Under the pieces are notes generated by a model. It had not been told where the DNA came from. It searched no databases and saw only the letters and a program-made list of their open reading frames with translations. Positions 24,606 through 37,652 of a stretch of DNA of 64,000 nt are shown one piece after another. Origin of the DNA: Lepidodermella squamata. Its lineage: Eukaryota; Animalia; Gastrotricha. A program made the translations under genes and the position numbers. The number at the start of each line of letters is the position of its first letter. The stretch's first letter is position 1. The DNA is taken from positions 1,054,001 through 1,118,000 of the forward strand of contig JBLDXI010000013.1 in assembly GCA_047495785.1 (NCBI GenBank). Reading direction: 5' to 3'.

Positions 24606-27600
24606 ACAACAACAACAATCGTTTCTTTATTGACCGATCACTGATCCAATCAAAAAAATAGTACTCAGTAGATATAGCGAACTAGCAGAGTTACATAATA
24701 CAACTTAGTCTACTTTTCACACATTATTATTTAAAATTATAACATTTGAATAATAAACAGATTTGAACTTCTGCAGCGATTTCTTCAGGGCGGTGACAAG
24801 TAGCCTCCTCTCCGTGTCATTTGCAATATCCCATAGGTTGACATTTTGAAGATGCATTGCTCTGAAGACCGAGGGAACGGGGCAGCCAGCGCAGTCTTCA
24901 GTCAGGTGTTCCGTTACCATTGAGATCAGCACCGGTGCGCCGCACTCAATACAGCAGATGGTAGAGGCCCCTTTTGATATCAATTTAAATGGTTTGAAGG
25001 CAGAACCGGTTCTAATTTGGACAACAACCCTCGTTAGATCCTTCCGCAGGCTGGTTCCATATTTCTCCAAGCTGCCAAACGATAGGCTCGGGCCAATGAT
25101 GTATTTATCCCTCATGCACTCCATTGTTTGCTGCTCTGTCAACATTGCCGCCTTTTCCTGTAAAGAGCGTTCCATCGAGGCCATTTCTCGCGGCGACAGG
25201 CCAGTAATCCATTCGAAATTGGGTGCGCTGGCTCGTAGGAGTTGGGAGACCCTGATGATCGGGTTGAATTTGTAGTCATTTTCTAGTAACCCTGAGAAAG
25301 CCGCTCTTGCCAGCGCATTGCGGCTGTTACTCAACTTGAGGAAGAAGGCGGTACTCATCATGCGGGCTTGCGTCGTTTTCGACTTTAGCCCCAGTTCGCA
25401 AGACGTCCTTATGTTCGAAGTACAGGAGTTAAGTCCCCAGGCTAGCTTGTGGGTTCTAAGCAACGGCCTATCGATGTCCGCTCCGGTAAAGGCGCCCCAC
25501 AACTGAGCGCCATACAGTGCTGAGCCATATATCTTTACATCGATCAGTGTGTCCAACTGTGACCTTTTCAGTTGAGCAATGTGGATCCCTCTCCTCTTTA
25601 TCGCCGCAAAGGTCGTTAGACCGCGAGATATACCTGTTGAGGTGGCCTCTCTCCAGTTCAGGTTGAATGCAAGCGGAATTCCAAGGTATTTGAACGTCCA
25701 TACGCACTCGATTTGGATACCGTTGAGCGAGAAAGCCTTGGCAATAGACAAGATAAAGTCAGTGCGCCGTTTGCAAAAGATAACAATCTTCGTTTTGGAC
25801 GTGTTAATTTCCATACCACGGAGTTTAGCGAAACTGTCGACAGCGTTGATTAGTCTTTGCATATTAGCGACACTTCTGGAAAGACCAGTGGTATCATCAG
25901 CAAATTTCAGTGCCGCTAGCGCCGTCTCGTTGTTGATTTTTGCCTCGCTATTGACGCCGCATTTTGAAAGGAAGTCCGGCAAGTCGCTGATCAGTATGGA
26001 GAAGAGGAGTGGCGATAGAGCGTCACCTTGTTTAACGCCTTGCTCTAGGTCGAACGGCTCAGTTGATGATTTACCGACACGGAGACGGGCAAAGCTGTTT
26101 TGATACAAGTCGGACAGCACTGAGATGAAGTGAGAAGAGACGCCTTTCTGAAATAGAGTCTCGAACAGAATATCATGGGGGACGCGATCAAAAGCTTTAA
26201 CGAAGTCAAAGAAACAGGCAATTAGATACCCACCCTTCTCCTTTAGCGCGTTTGCAATCGCAGCGATCAGTACTGCAGCTGCTTCGGACGCACCCATGTC
26301 TTCGCGGAATCCGAACTGGTTTGGCGGAAGAATTTTGTTATCCTCAGCCCAGCGATAGAGGCGAGTGTACAGCACTTTTGAGTAAATTCGATAGAACAGC
26401 GGCATTAGCGATATGGTTCTGTAGTTATTCGGATCGAGCTTGTCGCCTTTTTTGAAAATAGCGGTCATGGTGACTTCTTTGAGCGGTGTTGGGAAAGACG
26501 ACTTCTCGAAACAGTTCTTGAGGAACCAGTAGGCAACGTGAGAGAAGAAGTTCTTGGTCGTGTCATTAGCCTTAATAGCGCGGGCAGTTATACCATCGTA
26601 TCCCGGTGCCTTATCAACAGCCAGGTTGTCAATGACAGATTTTATTTCATCGAGTTCGAGTGATTTGTCCAAGGCGTCAACTTTAACAGCTCTGTTTGGT
26701 TTGAAGTTGGCTGTGCTTGTACCAGAGAAGAGGGATTTGCAGTGTTTCCACCAGTCAGATACTTTTATAGCCGTCTCGCAGGACTCGTTTTGTTCGCGGA
26801 AAGCCCGGAAAAGTTCCCTGTTAGAACGATCCATGATGATTTTCTCCAGTAGTATCGACTGATTAGTTGCCTTGAGTGGACCTCTTGCCGGCCTGGTAAT
26901 AAACGCGGGTTGTAGAAGTTGCATTATCGTTTGTAGCTGCTCGTCGGGATTGTCTGTCTCTAACTTCTTTTGAAGGTAATTCATTCTTGAATCCCAGTAC
27001 GCCGCCACACCTTTGGTCAGGGTGACGTCGAGAAGAGTCGACATCTGCGGAATTTTGGGCTTCACTTCGTCGGTCTGGCCTGTTTTAGGGATATTGCTTG
27101 GCTTAAACAGTGTAGCGCAGATCGGGCGGTGATCAGAACCCATTGAGTCTTCGTGCACCCAGAAGTCGAGTTCCTGAAAGGTTATGTTGTTCGAGACAAG
27201 TAAGTAATCAAGCACGGCTTCCGATTTAGGACGCGTTAATTTTCCAACACCTGCGTCTTGTCCCAGCCTTCCATTGGCCACAGTGCAGTCTAGCTCGTGA
27301 GTCATTTCTCGAAGCAGTCTGACTTCGCTCTCTTTAGACTTAATTACATCCTCCGAGACACGAGCCGGGCAAGGTGCCTCATCTTCCCAGAACAGAGCGT
27401 CAGCGTCTTCCGCCCAGTCGTCAGCCCCAATGCGTACATTCAGGTCACCAAAGAAGAACCAGTTTTTAAAGCAGTGCGTAGCATGCAGCTCGTCAAAGGT
27501 AGCAACAGTTTTTTGAAAGAATTCACGTCTTTCGCTGGTTAAGCCTGGGCGAAAGTACAGAAAAACAACTAATATATGTACATCGATCGTAAGCCAGATG

Positions 27601-28014
27601 GAGTTATTATCATGGTGCAGAATTTTCACGCGATCCTCAATGTTTTTGCAGACTCCAAGGGCGAGGCCACCACTAGGCCTTCCCATGCCAGAGACAGCAA
27701 TAGTGGGCTCAACGTGGTAGATATTGTGCGATTTAATAGGGATGTAATTACAGTGGAAAGCTTCTAGAAAGCAGAATATTGCGAATTCACAGACAAATTG
27801 ATTAACTTTGTTGTTCATCGTTCTTGAACTACCACAAATGTTCCAACAGCATATTCTTAGTGGATCAGGTCGGTCTTTATCCTATTGTGTCATAGCCTCG
27901 ATATCCTCATCGCCAAAGCCAACGCCCGGCAGTGCCATGTTTATCACTTCATCGATGGATTTTTCGTTGAACCAGACTTCAACCAGTGCATCCTCCATCA
28001 GAATCGCAGAGTTC
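24606..28014 (-). mobile_element. Young 5'-truncated non-LTR retrotransposon (LINE; APE endonuclease + RT + CCHC)
   Basis: Exact 14-bp target-site duplication agcacattttctca (24592-24605 and 28015-28028); 3' AATAAA (24631-24626) followed by a (TTG)n tail; uninterrupted 1033-aa ORF. Confidence 0.96.
24717..27881 (-). CDS. LINE ORF2 polyprotein
   Basis: APE motifs CWNICG (upstream of the first ATG at 27818), GRPSGG, FGDLN, LDYL, SDHRP; RT motifs KAPGYDG, NYRTISL, QFGFR, DFVKAFD, GVKQGDALSPLLF, FADD, YLG; C-terminal CIEC..HL..DC. Confidence 0.95.
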   Translation of the reverse strand, partial: DKDRPDPLRICCWNICGSSRTMNNKVNQFVCEFAIFCFLEAFHCNYIPIKSHNIYHVEPTIAVSGMGRPSGGLALGVCKNIEDRVKILHHDNNSIWLTIDVHILVVFLYFRPGLTSERREFFQKTVATFDELHATHCFKNWFFFGDLNVRIGADDWAEDADALFWEDEAPCPARVSEDVIKSKESEVRLLREMTHELDCTVANGRLGQDAGVGKLTRPKSEAVLDYLLVSNNITFQELDFWVHEDSMGSDHRPICATLFKPSNIPKTGQTDEVKPKIPQMSTLLDVTLTKGVAAYWDSRMNYLQKKLETDNPDEQLQTIMQLLQPAFITRPARGPLKATNQSILLEKIIMDRSNRELFRAFREQNESCETAIKVSDWWKHCKSLFSGTSTANFKPNRAVKVDALDKSLELDEIKSVIDNLAVDKAPGYDGITARAIKANDTTKNFFSHVAYWFLKNCFEKSSFPTPLKEVTMTAIFKKGDKLDPNNYRTISLMPLFYRIYSKVLYTRLYRWAEDNKILPPNQFGFREDMGASEAAAVLIAAIANALKEKGGYLIACFFDFVKAFDRVPHDILFETLFQKGVSSHFISVLSDLYQNSFARLRVGKSSTEPFDLEQGVKQGDALSPLLFSILISDLPDFLSKCGVNSEAKINNETALAALKFADDTTGLSRSVANMQRLINAVDSFAKLRGMEINTSKTKIVIFCKRRTDFILSIAKAFSLNGIQIECVWTFKYLGIPLAFNLNWREATSTGISRGLTTFAAIKRRGIHIAQLKRSQLDTLIDVKIYGSALYGAQLWGAFTGADIDRPLLRTHKLAWGLNSCTSNIRTSCELGLKSKTTQARMMSTAFFLKLSNSRNALARAAFSGLLENDYKFNPIIRVSQLLRASAPNFEWITGLSPREMASMERSLQEKAAMLTEQQTMECMRDKYIIGPSLSFGSLEKYGTSLRKDLTRVVVQIRTGSAFKPFKLISKGASTICCIECGAPVLISMVTEHLTEDCAGCPVPSVFRAMHLQNVNLWDIANDTERRLLVTALKKSLQKFKSVYYSNVIILNNNV

Positions 28015-28967
28015 AGCACATTTTCTCAGGACCGAATACAGCCTACTAAATACTCCCAGCTAGCCCCTAATTTCCTCAGTTGTCTTCAGTCAACTAACAA
28101 GAAAACTCGGAATTAAGTTGAAAACTGCAAGATGAGTGGGATTCGCTGCAAAAGCGGTCTTTTAAATTATTTTGATAATGCTCGGTGTCACAATAACGCA
28201 AAAAAGCAACAGCACCTATAGATGATACGCCGTTTCTAGGTTGCTTAATTTTTAATTTTTTTTCGAATAAATATTATTTTGATTATACATAAATTTTCAC
28301 AAAATTTTAAATTTAATTGCTGTCATTTTTAATGCGCGGTATTTTCAAAAATGGGATTCAGCTGACTTTGAATTCAGCGGCTGCACTACCTCGCTTCTTA
28401 GTCACGATCCACAAGGATTACGATGATCAAAAATAGTTAAAGAAACTCTGAAGAAACTAGGATGTCAGTTTCAGAAAGCCATTCTTAACTATTGCCCAAG
28501 TATTGGCCTATTGCCTTCGAGGCGTGGAAGAACAAGCACTTCAAGCAAAAAAACATTAGGGCTCTTTACATTGTCGATGACTGAATTTGCTTCCCGGGGA
28601 ACCTGGTATGAGGGCAGGGCGCTGAGCATTGAACTGCCACTGCAAAAAGTAACGTTTGCGATTATACTTCAATTTATAGTATCTGTCTGTGGCGATACTA
28701 ATGAAACTGACTTTTTCTTGCTTCAGCGGCTGCCGATGATTTCGATCGCGCAGATAAACCCAACCCTGAACTTGAGCTTGACTGAAACTAGAAACTAGAA
28801 GTGTTCTGGGAAGATTCATACGCTTCCACCACATGCGCCATGCGCTTCAAGTTTCAAGTTAGTACTTGGAGTAACTAGTGCTGGCAACTAAGCAATTTCA
28901 GGCATCCTATTAATTTGACTTATTTCCGTTCTATAGATTTTGCGACCGCATTAACGTTGAATTAACC

Positions 28968-29801
28968 ATGTCTGAACGTCCTCGAGAAATGGGTGATGCC
29001 GCTGGCACCATGAAGAAGGTGAGATTCGAATTACAAATGCTTGCATTAAATCATTGCTGTAAAAAAAAATTCTATAGTTGGATGCGAAATATGATCCAGA
29101 AACCGAAGCTGAGATTTTGGGCTGGTTCAGAGACTTGATTGGAGCTAACATTGAACCCGGAAAAGCCAACGTGGAACGTGCTCTGAAAAATGGCATCCAC
29201 CTCATTGAGTGAGTCCTATTTAAATCAAATGTGGCATATGAAATTACAATTTTCTCCATCAAAGGCTTGTAATGAAGTTGCAAGAAGGTTCGCCCAATGC
29301 ACCGGATGCTGCTAAAGCTATGAAGCTAAAGCCGAACACTCAAGCTATGCCTTTTAAACAAGTAATTCAAGTTAAAATTAAAAGCAAAATGTATTCATAA
29401 ATTATTGTCTTAAAGATGGAAAACATTGAGAATTTCATCAAGTTTTGCGAGATTTATGGTGTCCCGAGAACCAGCACCTTTCAAACTGTCGACCTTTATG
29501 AAGGGCGTAACATGGCTGCCGTTCTCAATTGTTTGATCTGCTTGGGGACAGAGGCGCAACGCACCGGTTTCACTGGCCCAACCATCGGCCCCAAACCAAC
29601 TGAGCGTCACCACGTCGAGTTCACCGCCGAGCAAATCGCCGCCGGCAAAGCAGTCATTGGTCTTCAAGCTGGTACCAACAAATGCGCATCTCAGTCCGGT
29701 ATGTCGTTCGGTGTGCGCAGACAGGTAAGCCATTTTTCACGTAAATTGAGCAATTTGCCACGTTACGCTTTTAGATTGAGAAAACAACTCCGAACAAGTA
29801 A
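28968..29801 (+). CDS. Calponin/transgelin (myophilin/Mp20-like) actin-binding protein, 5 exons
   Basis: KYDPETEAEILGW, LKNGIHL, PFKQ|MENIENF, FQTVDLYEGRN (CH domain); calponin repeat IGLQAGTNKCASQSGMSFG.RRQ. Confidence 0.93.
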
Positions 29802-30281
29802 TTCATCTTGGCGAATCGATGCATGCAGATTGTGTCAGTAGTATGAAGTAATATCGACGACTTCTGTGTGCGTGCCATTGCAGTTATTTGTGCCATTTTC
29901 AAAATGTATCAACACATAGCCTAATTCTTGAACTTGATTGCTATGCTTCACACAGCTACTTTTGCAACAAATTCGCTTGTTATTATTTATACAATTTATT
30001 CTACAGAGTTATTGTTACGAAGTCTGAGTTTCAGCTGCTTACCTTTATCTTAAGTTGTGTTGTTGCGTTTAGGTTTATAAGAATTAGCTTCAGCAGCTAA
30101 AATAAACATAAATTGATACGTGAAGTTCAGTGGGTTCTGTTCAAGATAGCTGCAATCACCGATAATTTTTTTATTATAACAGATAACGGTGTCAAATTTT
30201 TTCCAACTTCGAAGCTCTTACAAATCCAGGAATGAAAAATATATATGACTTGAGCAGCATTCAGTATTACATATCTATATG

Positions 30282-31859
30282 TCAGTCAGCATCAGAGAAC
30301 TGATCGAAATCCTCACCACCCCAGTTCTCCGTATCAAAAATTTCATCTACCAGCTGTTTTGAAGCGGGTGCATTTGCATCAAGTTGATCGCATCCATTGC
30401 TTTTCACGGATGATGTATCATATTCCGAAAATGAACTTGTATCTTCTTCAATCATTACCCGTTTTTCATTTTCATCTAACACAAGTCCGTTTTTCACGCA
30501 CTCAGAGCTGCGTAGAAAGTCGACCAGATCATGAATAGATTCGAATTTCATCGGCCTGAAATCACAGCATGAGTGAATGAGATCCAGTTCAATGCCATCG
30601 CGATGATCATCATCGTCATCAAACGCGTTTTCGCCGCAGTAGTTCCTTCGACGAAACAGAGTATCTGAACAAAAGTTTCGGATTCGACAAGCGACTTGTT
30701 CCGCTAAAACAACCGGATCGTCAACTTGCCAAATGCAAGGTAGCGAATAACTCTGAATCAGCTCGAAGTGTTCAGTCTCTTTTATCGACATATCATTGAT
30801 AGCAACTGCGTCGCCTTTACGACGGAAGACTGCAGCTTGAGAACAGAGGCCTATTTCATCTTCGGTAAATCCTTTCCAATCAAGCGGTCGTCCGATTCCA
30901 GAGGTCTCCACTTCATAACCGTATTTTTCTGCTGCATTTGTCACCAGCTCAGCGAAATCAGCGCGGGACATTTCGAACTTGTGATCAGGATGTCGGAAGG
31001 CGAAATCACCGGTTCTCGGGCCGAATATTACGTTAAAATCGCCTGTTACAAGTCAAGATTAAACAACCGAAGTTGACAAAAGGCTATATACATACCATTC
31101 GGTGTTGTAAAGACAGCTAATTTGGGTCGAAGGCGCTCCAAAACGTAATTTAGCATACGTTTTGCCTCACAAAGCTGCACATGTTCTATCACCTGTTAAA
31201 AGTTGAAGGATTGGTAGTTAATTTTTGAAACGGGTAATTGCGCCTGACTCCGAGAGAATTTGACTTCAGTGAATGCATGAACCTAGGATACAAGCGTTTT
31301 TAGGAATTCTGCCGTAATAAAAGCCGTAAACACGCATGAATTTTAATTGTGGCATTTGAACGATGCTGGATCCATGCACCTAACGTAGGACATCAGTGCA
31401 TTCTAAAATGTGAGCAAGTTGGCTGAATAAAAATAATTAGGAAAAAAGACCAGGAGAACTAGGTACCTCTATTAAGGAAATGCAGTCCAATTCAGTGAAA
31501 CGAGAATCATCCATCGATTTATCTTTCTCTGCCGCCAAAATGTCACCGTGAAAAATTTCGACTTCCAGGGCAGCAGATCGCTGACATAGGTAATCGGAAG
31601 CCCGAGGGGCGACTAAGCTGAGGCCGCGCTTCAGCTCATCAAGGCAGTAATCAACGCCACGATACAAACGAAGATTCATGTTATGACGTAAATAGTCACT
31701 GAATAAACGCATTGGCCCGCATCCCAGGTCGGCAACAGTGCGGCAGTCATTCGAACGAATAAGCTCAGCTATAAAAGCGTAGCGCAGCCGGTTGACTGGA
31801 GGCTCAAATGAGATGTTGTTAGCTTCCTCTTCGTGCTGCTCTTTGGGTGGCTTGGAAAT
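30282..31859 (-). CDS. HENMT1: Animal-type small-RNA 2'-O-methyltransferase HEN1; 5' end unresolved
   Basis: ISFEPP..RLRY, VADLGCG, LIE|VIEH, VFTTPN.DFN, FRHPDHKFE.SRADF, SQAAVFRR. Introns at ~31466-31194 and ~31095-31044. Confidence 0.9.
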
Positions 31860-32241
31860 CTGAGAATCTTTTTGAATAGAATGTTGCAGGGTTGGCAGTC
31901 CCCAGTTTCCAGTTCTTCTGAGATCAGAAAGATGTTCATCGACTCTGGTGCAGTGATAGTCTAGAATGCTGAAAAGGAAAAGGAGCTGTCATAATCGGCC
32001 TACTACAAACTCGGCAATATGTTACCCGACAAAACAATCGACTTTTCTCAACTAACGCGCTTTATTGCCTTCAGGCTTTTCTCTCCCACAAGCCGTGTTA
32101 AAATTATATAATTTGGCACTGAATCACTCAACAATAGCGCAGAAACATAGGGTTTTGGCAAGCACCACATTTAGTTTATCACTCGTTCATATAAGTGTTT
32201 TTATGCGGAATTTCAATCTCAAGTCCAATGATGGCTGAAGT

Positions 32242-33709
<1,468 letters not shown>

Positions 33710-33889
33710 TATGTAGACTTAAGTTAAGATTAAATTAATTCAGCCAAAACCTAGACAAGTCGTAATTAATTAACAAAAGGCCCAGTCGAAAAATGAAGAA
33801 CACCAATCCAGTCACAAGCATTGTTTACTCTTCTTTCATTCATGTATTTACGCAATAAAGCCTCTGTGATCACCAATCCTTCGCGAAAG

Positions 33890-34552
33890 TTATTGCTCCT
33901 CAGACTTCTTCTTGTTGGCGTTGCGCTTAACCTTACGGGCTTCTTGGATAGCAGCGTAGGCGCTGAATTTCTTTTCAGCTTCGGAGAGTCGCTTAGCCTT
34001 GTCGCGCTTGTGACGGACTTGAAGAGGCAAAACGACCTTGCCGGTGTATTGGGTCACCTTGCTCCATTCCTCGGGTTTCGCTTCGTCCGCCCTCGGCTTC
34101 TTAGCGTTGCGCGGGAACAAGATCATCTTGGACTTGTATTCCTTCAAGCGCTGAGCATTAGCTTGCAGGGATTCGAGAGACCGGTTGCGGCGGCGGCGAT
34201 CAACGGCGATGCCAACGGTGCGGGCAAACTTCCGGCTAATGCCAGCAGCCTTCACAATAATTCGATGGAGTATAAATAAGCATATCAAGAGAGATCTTAA
34301 TTCAAATACCTTAAGCTCTTGGTAAGAGAATCCCCGACCGAGGCGGAACTTCTGGTTGTATCGGATGGTGGGGCAACGAATCACAGGCCTCAAGAGACTT
34401 GCGGGCCTGGGTGCCAATTTGCGAGCCTTGGCAACGCGGTTGTTGTGCCTCCGCTTTTTGCGCATAGGTTGATCAAACCAGGTCTTGACGCGATTCATCC
34501 ATTCCTTGTGGAAATGTCCATTCGGCAGGATAATCTTCCCTTGGGGAGCCAT
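33890..34552 (-). CDS. RPL13: 60S ribosomal protein L13 (eL13), 2 coding exons
   Basis: HFHKEW..RVKTWFDQP, LRPVIRCPTIRYN, GRGFS..ELK|AAGI, VDRRRRN.S.ESLQAN.QRLKEY. The in-frame intron at ~34309-34251 is read through in the ORF track. Confidence 0.97.
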   Translation of the reverse strand: MAPQGKIILPNGHFHKEWMNRVKTWFDQPMRKKRRHNNRVAKARKLAPRPASLLRPVIRCPTIRYNQKFRLGRGFSYQELKVFELRSLLICLFILHRIIVKAAGISRKFARTVGIAVDRRRRNRSLESLQANAQRLKEYKSKMILFPRNAKKPRADEAKPEEWSKVTQYTGKVVLPLQVRHKRDKAKRLSEAEKKFSAYAAIQEARKVKRNANKKKSEEQ

Positions 34553-37500
34553 GATTATCTAATCCCTAAATTAAAATACATCAGTTAATGTCGGCAAACC
34601 ATTTTTGCGTGTTATCGTTAGCTGAAAAATTAGCGAAGAGAAGTTCAGTAAGTAAAATTAATTGGGTACGATTCAAGATTGAAATGGATCAAAGAAATAG
34701 ATGCATGTCATTCATATGTAAATGATAAGGGATATATCACAGATACCTTGATCGAAACATGAAGCAAGCATTAGGCATTAGGAAGGACAACAACAAGTGC
34801 CAGTTCTTACTAAGGCAAGATTAAGGCAGGAGACATCAGACATACAATTTTTCACTTAAAAATTTGCATTGCGATTTGTTGAATTGCATTAAAAGGAACT
34901 ATGCTACATGTAGACTTTGTTAGAAGACTTCACATGATGTTGATTAATATCCAGTCTTTACATCGGAAAAGTTAAATCGCGTGCCAAGAGTAACAAGGCT
35001 ACTCATAACTGCTTATTATTTCCTGATTCCTGAACACCCTGCAATCTGCAAACATTGAGAAGAAACGCCAACTAATATGCGGCCGAAATTACTTCTGATG
35101 ACTGGTGAGTGGTACGAAATAAAAAAAACTTGCTAAAAAAAAGATGAATAATTAGACACACGATGTTAAATGGTGGCGAGAAACATCGCTCAAATTCGAA
35201 TTACAACGCCCCAGGAACTGAAAAGGTCAAAATAGAATGTTAACAGTGCTGTTATCCTGAACCTAAAGGGTAACAGCAGGCTTCCTATCAGATTCAGAGG
35301 ACACAGAGCGGTGAATTCGATCATATACATATAATCATATTTCATACTAATAAACAAACGATCTCGTTGAACTCATTCATTTTACGCTGATAACGTCCAG
35401 TAACCAGTAAGAGAACTGCAAACTGCATACAATCACCGATCACCAATATATTGGAAATTTCAGAACTTTGCTTTAACAGATTTATGCAGGATGCAGGACC
35501 ATTTTTACATTTGTTGCCAGCTAAGCTCAAAGAGATGTCAGCAAAGGTAGCAATGTAACTGACAGTAACTGAAGGGGCATCTTATTTGTAACTTATTTGC
35601 CGTATCAAATTCGGCGCACCAAGCAGGTTAATAGTAGCGTTTCACGACTTCTTAAAAGCGCATATGCCTGCCTGGAATAAACTAAAAATCTTGAAATAGT
35701 AACCTTTTTATTTGCTGAAAATGCAAAATTGCAACTTTCAGTGGACAAAAGGTTAAATAACTGCATACGCTGCATACGCGTTCTTCATTACGCAGAAGAG
35801 CTCATGATGCATAAGCCTAGGAAGAAGCTGTAGCTGGTTCCACAGACACACATGCTTTCACCCCACGGTGTAGGATCCTTTTGGATGCAAAACAGAAAAG
35901 GTCACTGAAATCTACTAACACGTTGCCGCAAAGCGTGGAAGCCCGCAAAATATATTATAAATTTATGACGTATATTATTTAGTATATTATGTATATATAT
36001 CTAGAGTTCCAAAAATTGCTTAAAAACACTTTCTCGAACTAAATATTAATAAAACAAAGTCGGAATGTGAGGCGGTTTAAATATTTACGCGGGGCATTTT
36101 TTAACGTTAAACGCGGGTTTTTTTCTAACGTTATACGGTTTTTTTCCTGCGGGATGCGGGAATAGTGAGAGAGGCCGGTTACTGAAATTGCTTTCGTAAT
36201 TCGCATGGCTTTGTTGGTTTTTGGATTTTCGCTGCTTGCTTCACATTCGTTTAGCTATCCAAAAGGTGTTCAATGCATGCTATATTTACTATTCAAATTA
36301 TTGAATTTACATGCTGGGAGAAACCTCATGAATTATGAATCGCAAGTTGCGAGGCTAACAAAGATTAAGTCCGAAGGTCTTTATAGATGTATGTCTAGTA
36401 TCAAAAAGCTTTTATATTTCAATAGAACCAGATTTTATAATTTGAAATGATCCACAGCCTAGATATTTCAACATTTATCCATGGGGTTGAGTGATAAAAC
36501 TTTGCGAAATGAACATTTGTCAGGGGTAAAGTTCTATATTGCAATATTTTTCTGAAAGGGCTGCATTGCTGTGTTGCATTGTCTTATAGTCGCTTGATCA
36601 TTTTTGAGTAGCAACCAACTTCCTGTATCATTTACTTGTTAAACTATGCTCCAGGAATCCGGATGATTGGATGATGGAGGCCCCTCCACCAATTTTGGTG
36701 ATTCAACAAGGCTAGGGTTGACATTTGATATGTGAGAAAACCTGTCACATGATTCGATGGAAGGCATTAGGAGCTGAGATCTGAGTTGGCACAACAGAAA
36801 ACAAAAAATAGGGCAATGATCAATTTGGTCCTCCTCAATTTGGACACCAGCTCGATTGCTATTATCAGAAATTTACTGCATAACGCTGCTCAAGTCCAGT
36901 TATCAACCAAACGTCCATCGCAATATTGTTTGCCCTCATAGCTTAACAGTGACTTCAGACATCCTAGAGATTTCTCCCAATTGTTATAGTCTTGTTTCAT
37001 CTAACGTGGTTTTCTTTTTTCCTCTAATTGAGCTATGGTACATTTTTCCCTCCAACCACGCAGGGAAACAAGCTATGTGTATGAGTTTAGCAATAAATTA
37101 AGGAGGATCAAGGCTAAACTCATTTTTCTGACCAAAGTAGCATGGGCTTATGTGTCATAATATCATTGTACGCATCCCAAACTCGTTCCTCGAAGCATTT
37201 GCGTTGGCCATGTTAGCAGAGTGGCTAATTCATTCGTTTATTCATTGCTGTTTTGTAAGATGAAGGCTAATGGTGTGCGAATGGTCGTTCAAAGTGGCCA
37301 AAATTGTGGTTGAAACTTGATTTTGGGGCATGGAAAATATATAAATGCCATTACGAGTTTGATACCAGCGGAAGGATTTTTCCAGATTTATCGAAGCCCT
37401 GGATATGTAGAATTTTTTTCCGCATGACAAGAAAAAATTAACATTCATCCATTTTAAGGAAAAACATTTGGTTAGATGAAAATAGATATTGGCAAGATGA

Positions 37501-37652
37501 ATAACCTCCCCCTATGAGATAGTTGTATTTGTCATGTATCTTTTGATTTTGGTAGCGTTGATCACATTGACAAGTACTCTCCATCATTATTATTGATTCG
37601 AATTGTCTTTTTAGATAATTTTTTGTTTTTGTGAATGGCAGTAAGTTAAAAT

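Noticed and set aside
34768-34782. gcattaggcattagg as an intronic telomerase RNA template
   Set aside because: Non-standard 7-mer unit. It lies 3' of the ACA hairpin on the transcribed strand, which is the wrong order, and no pseudoknot was evident.
35095-35119. Hammerhead-like CTGATGA...GAAA
   Set aside because: The intervening sequence cannot form stem II.
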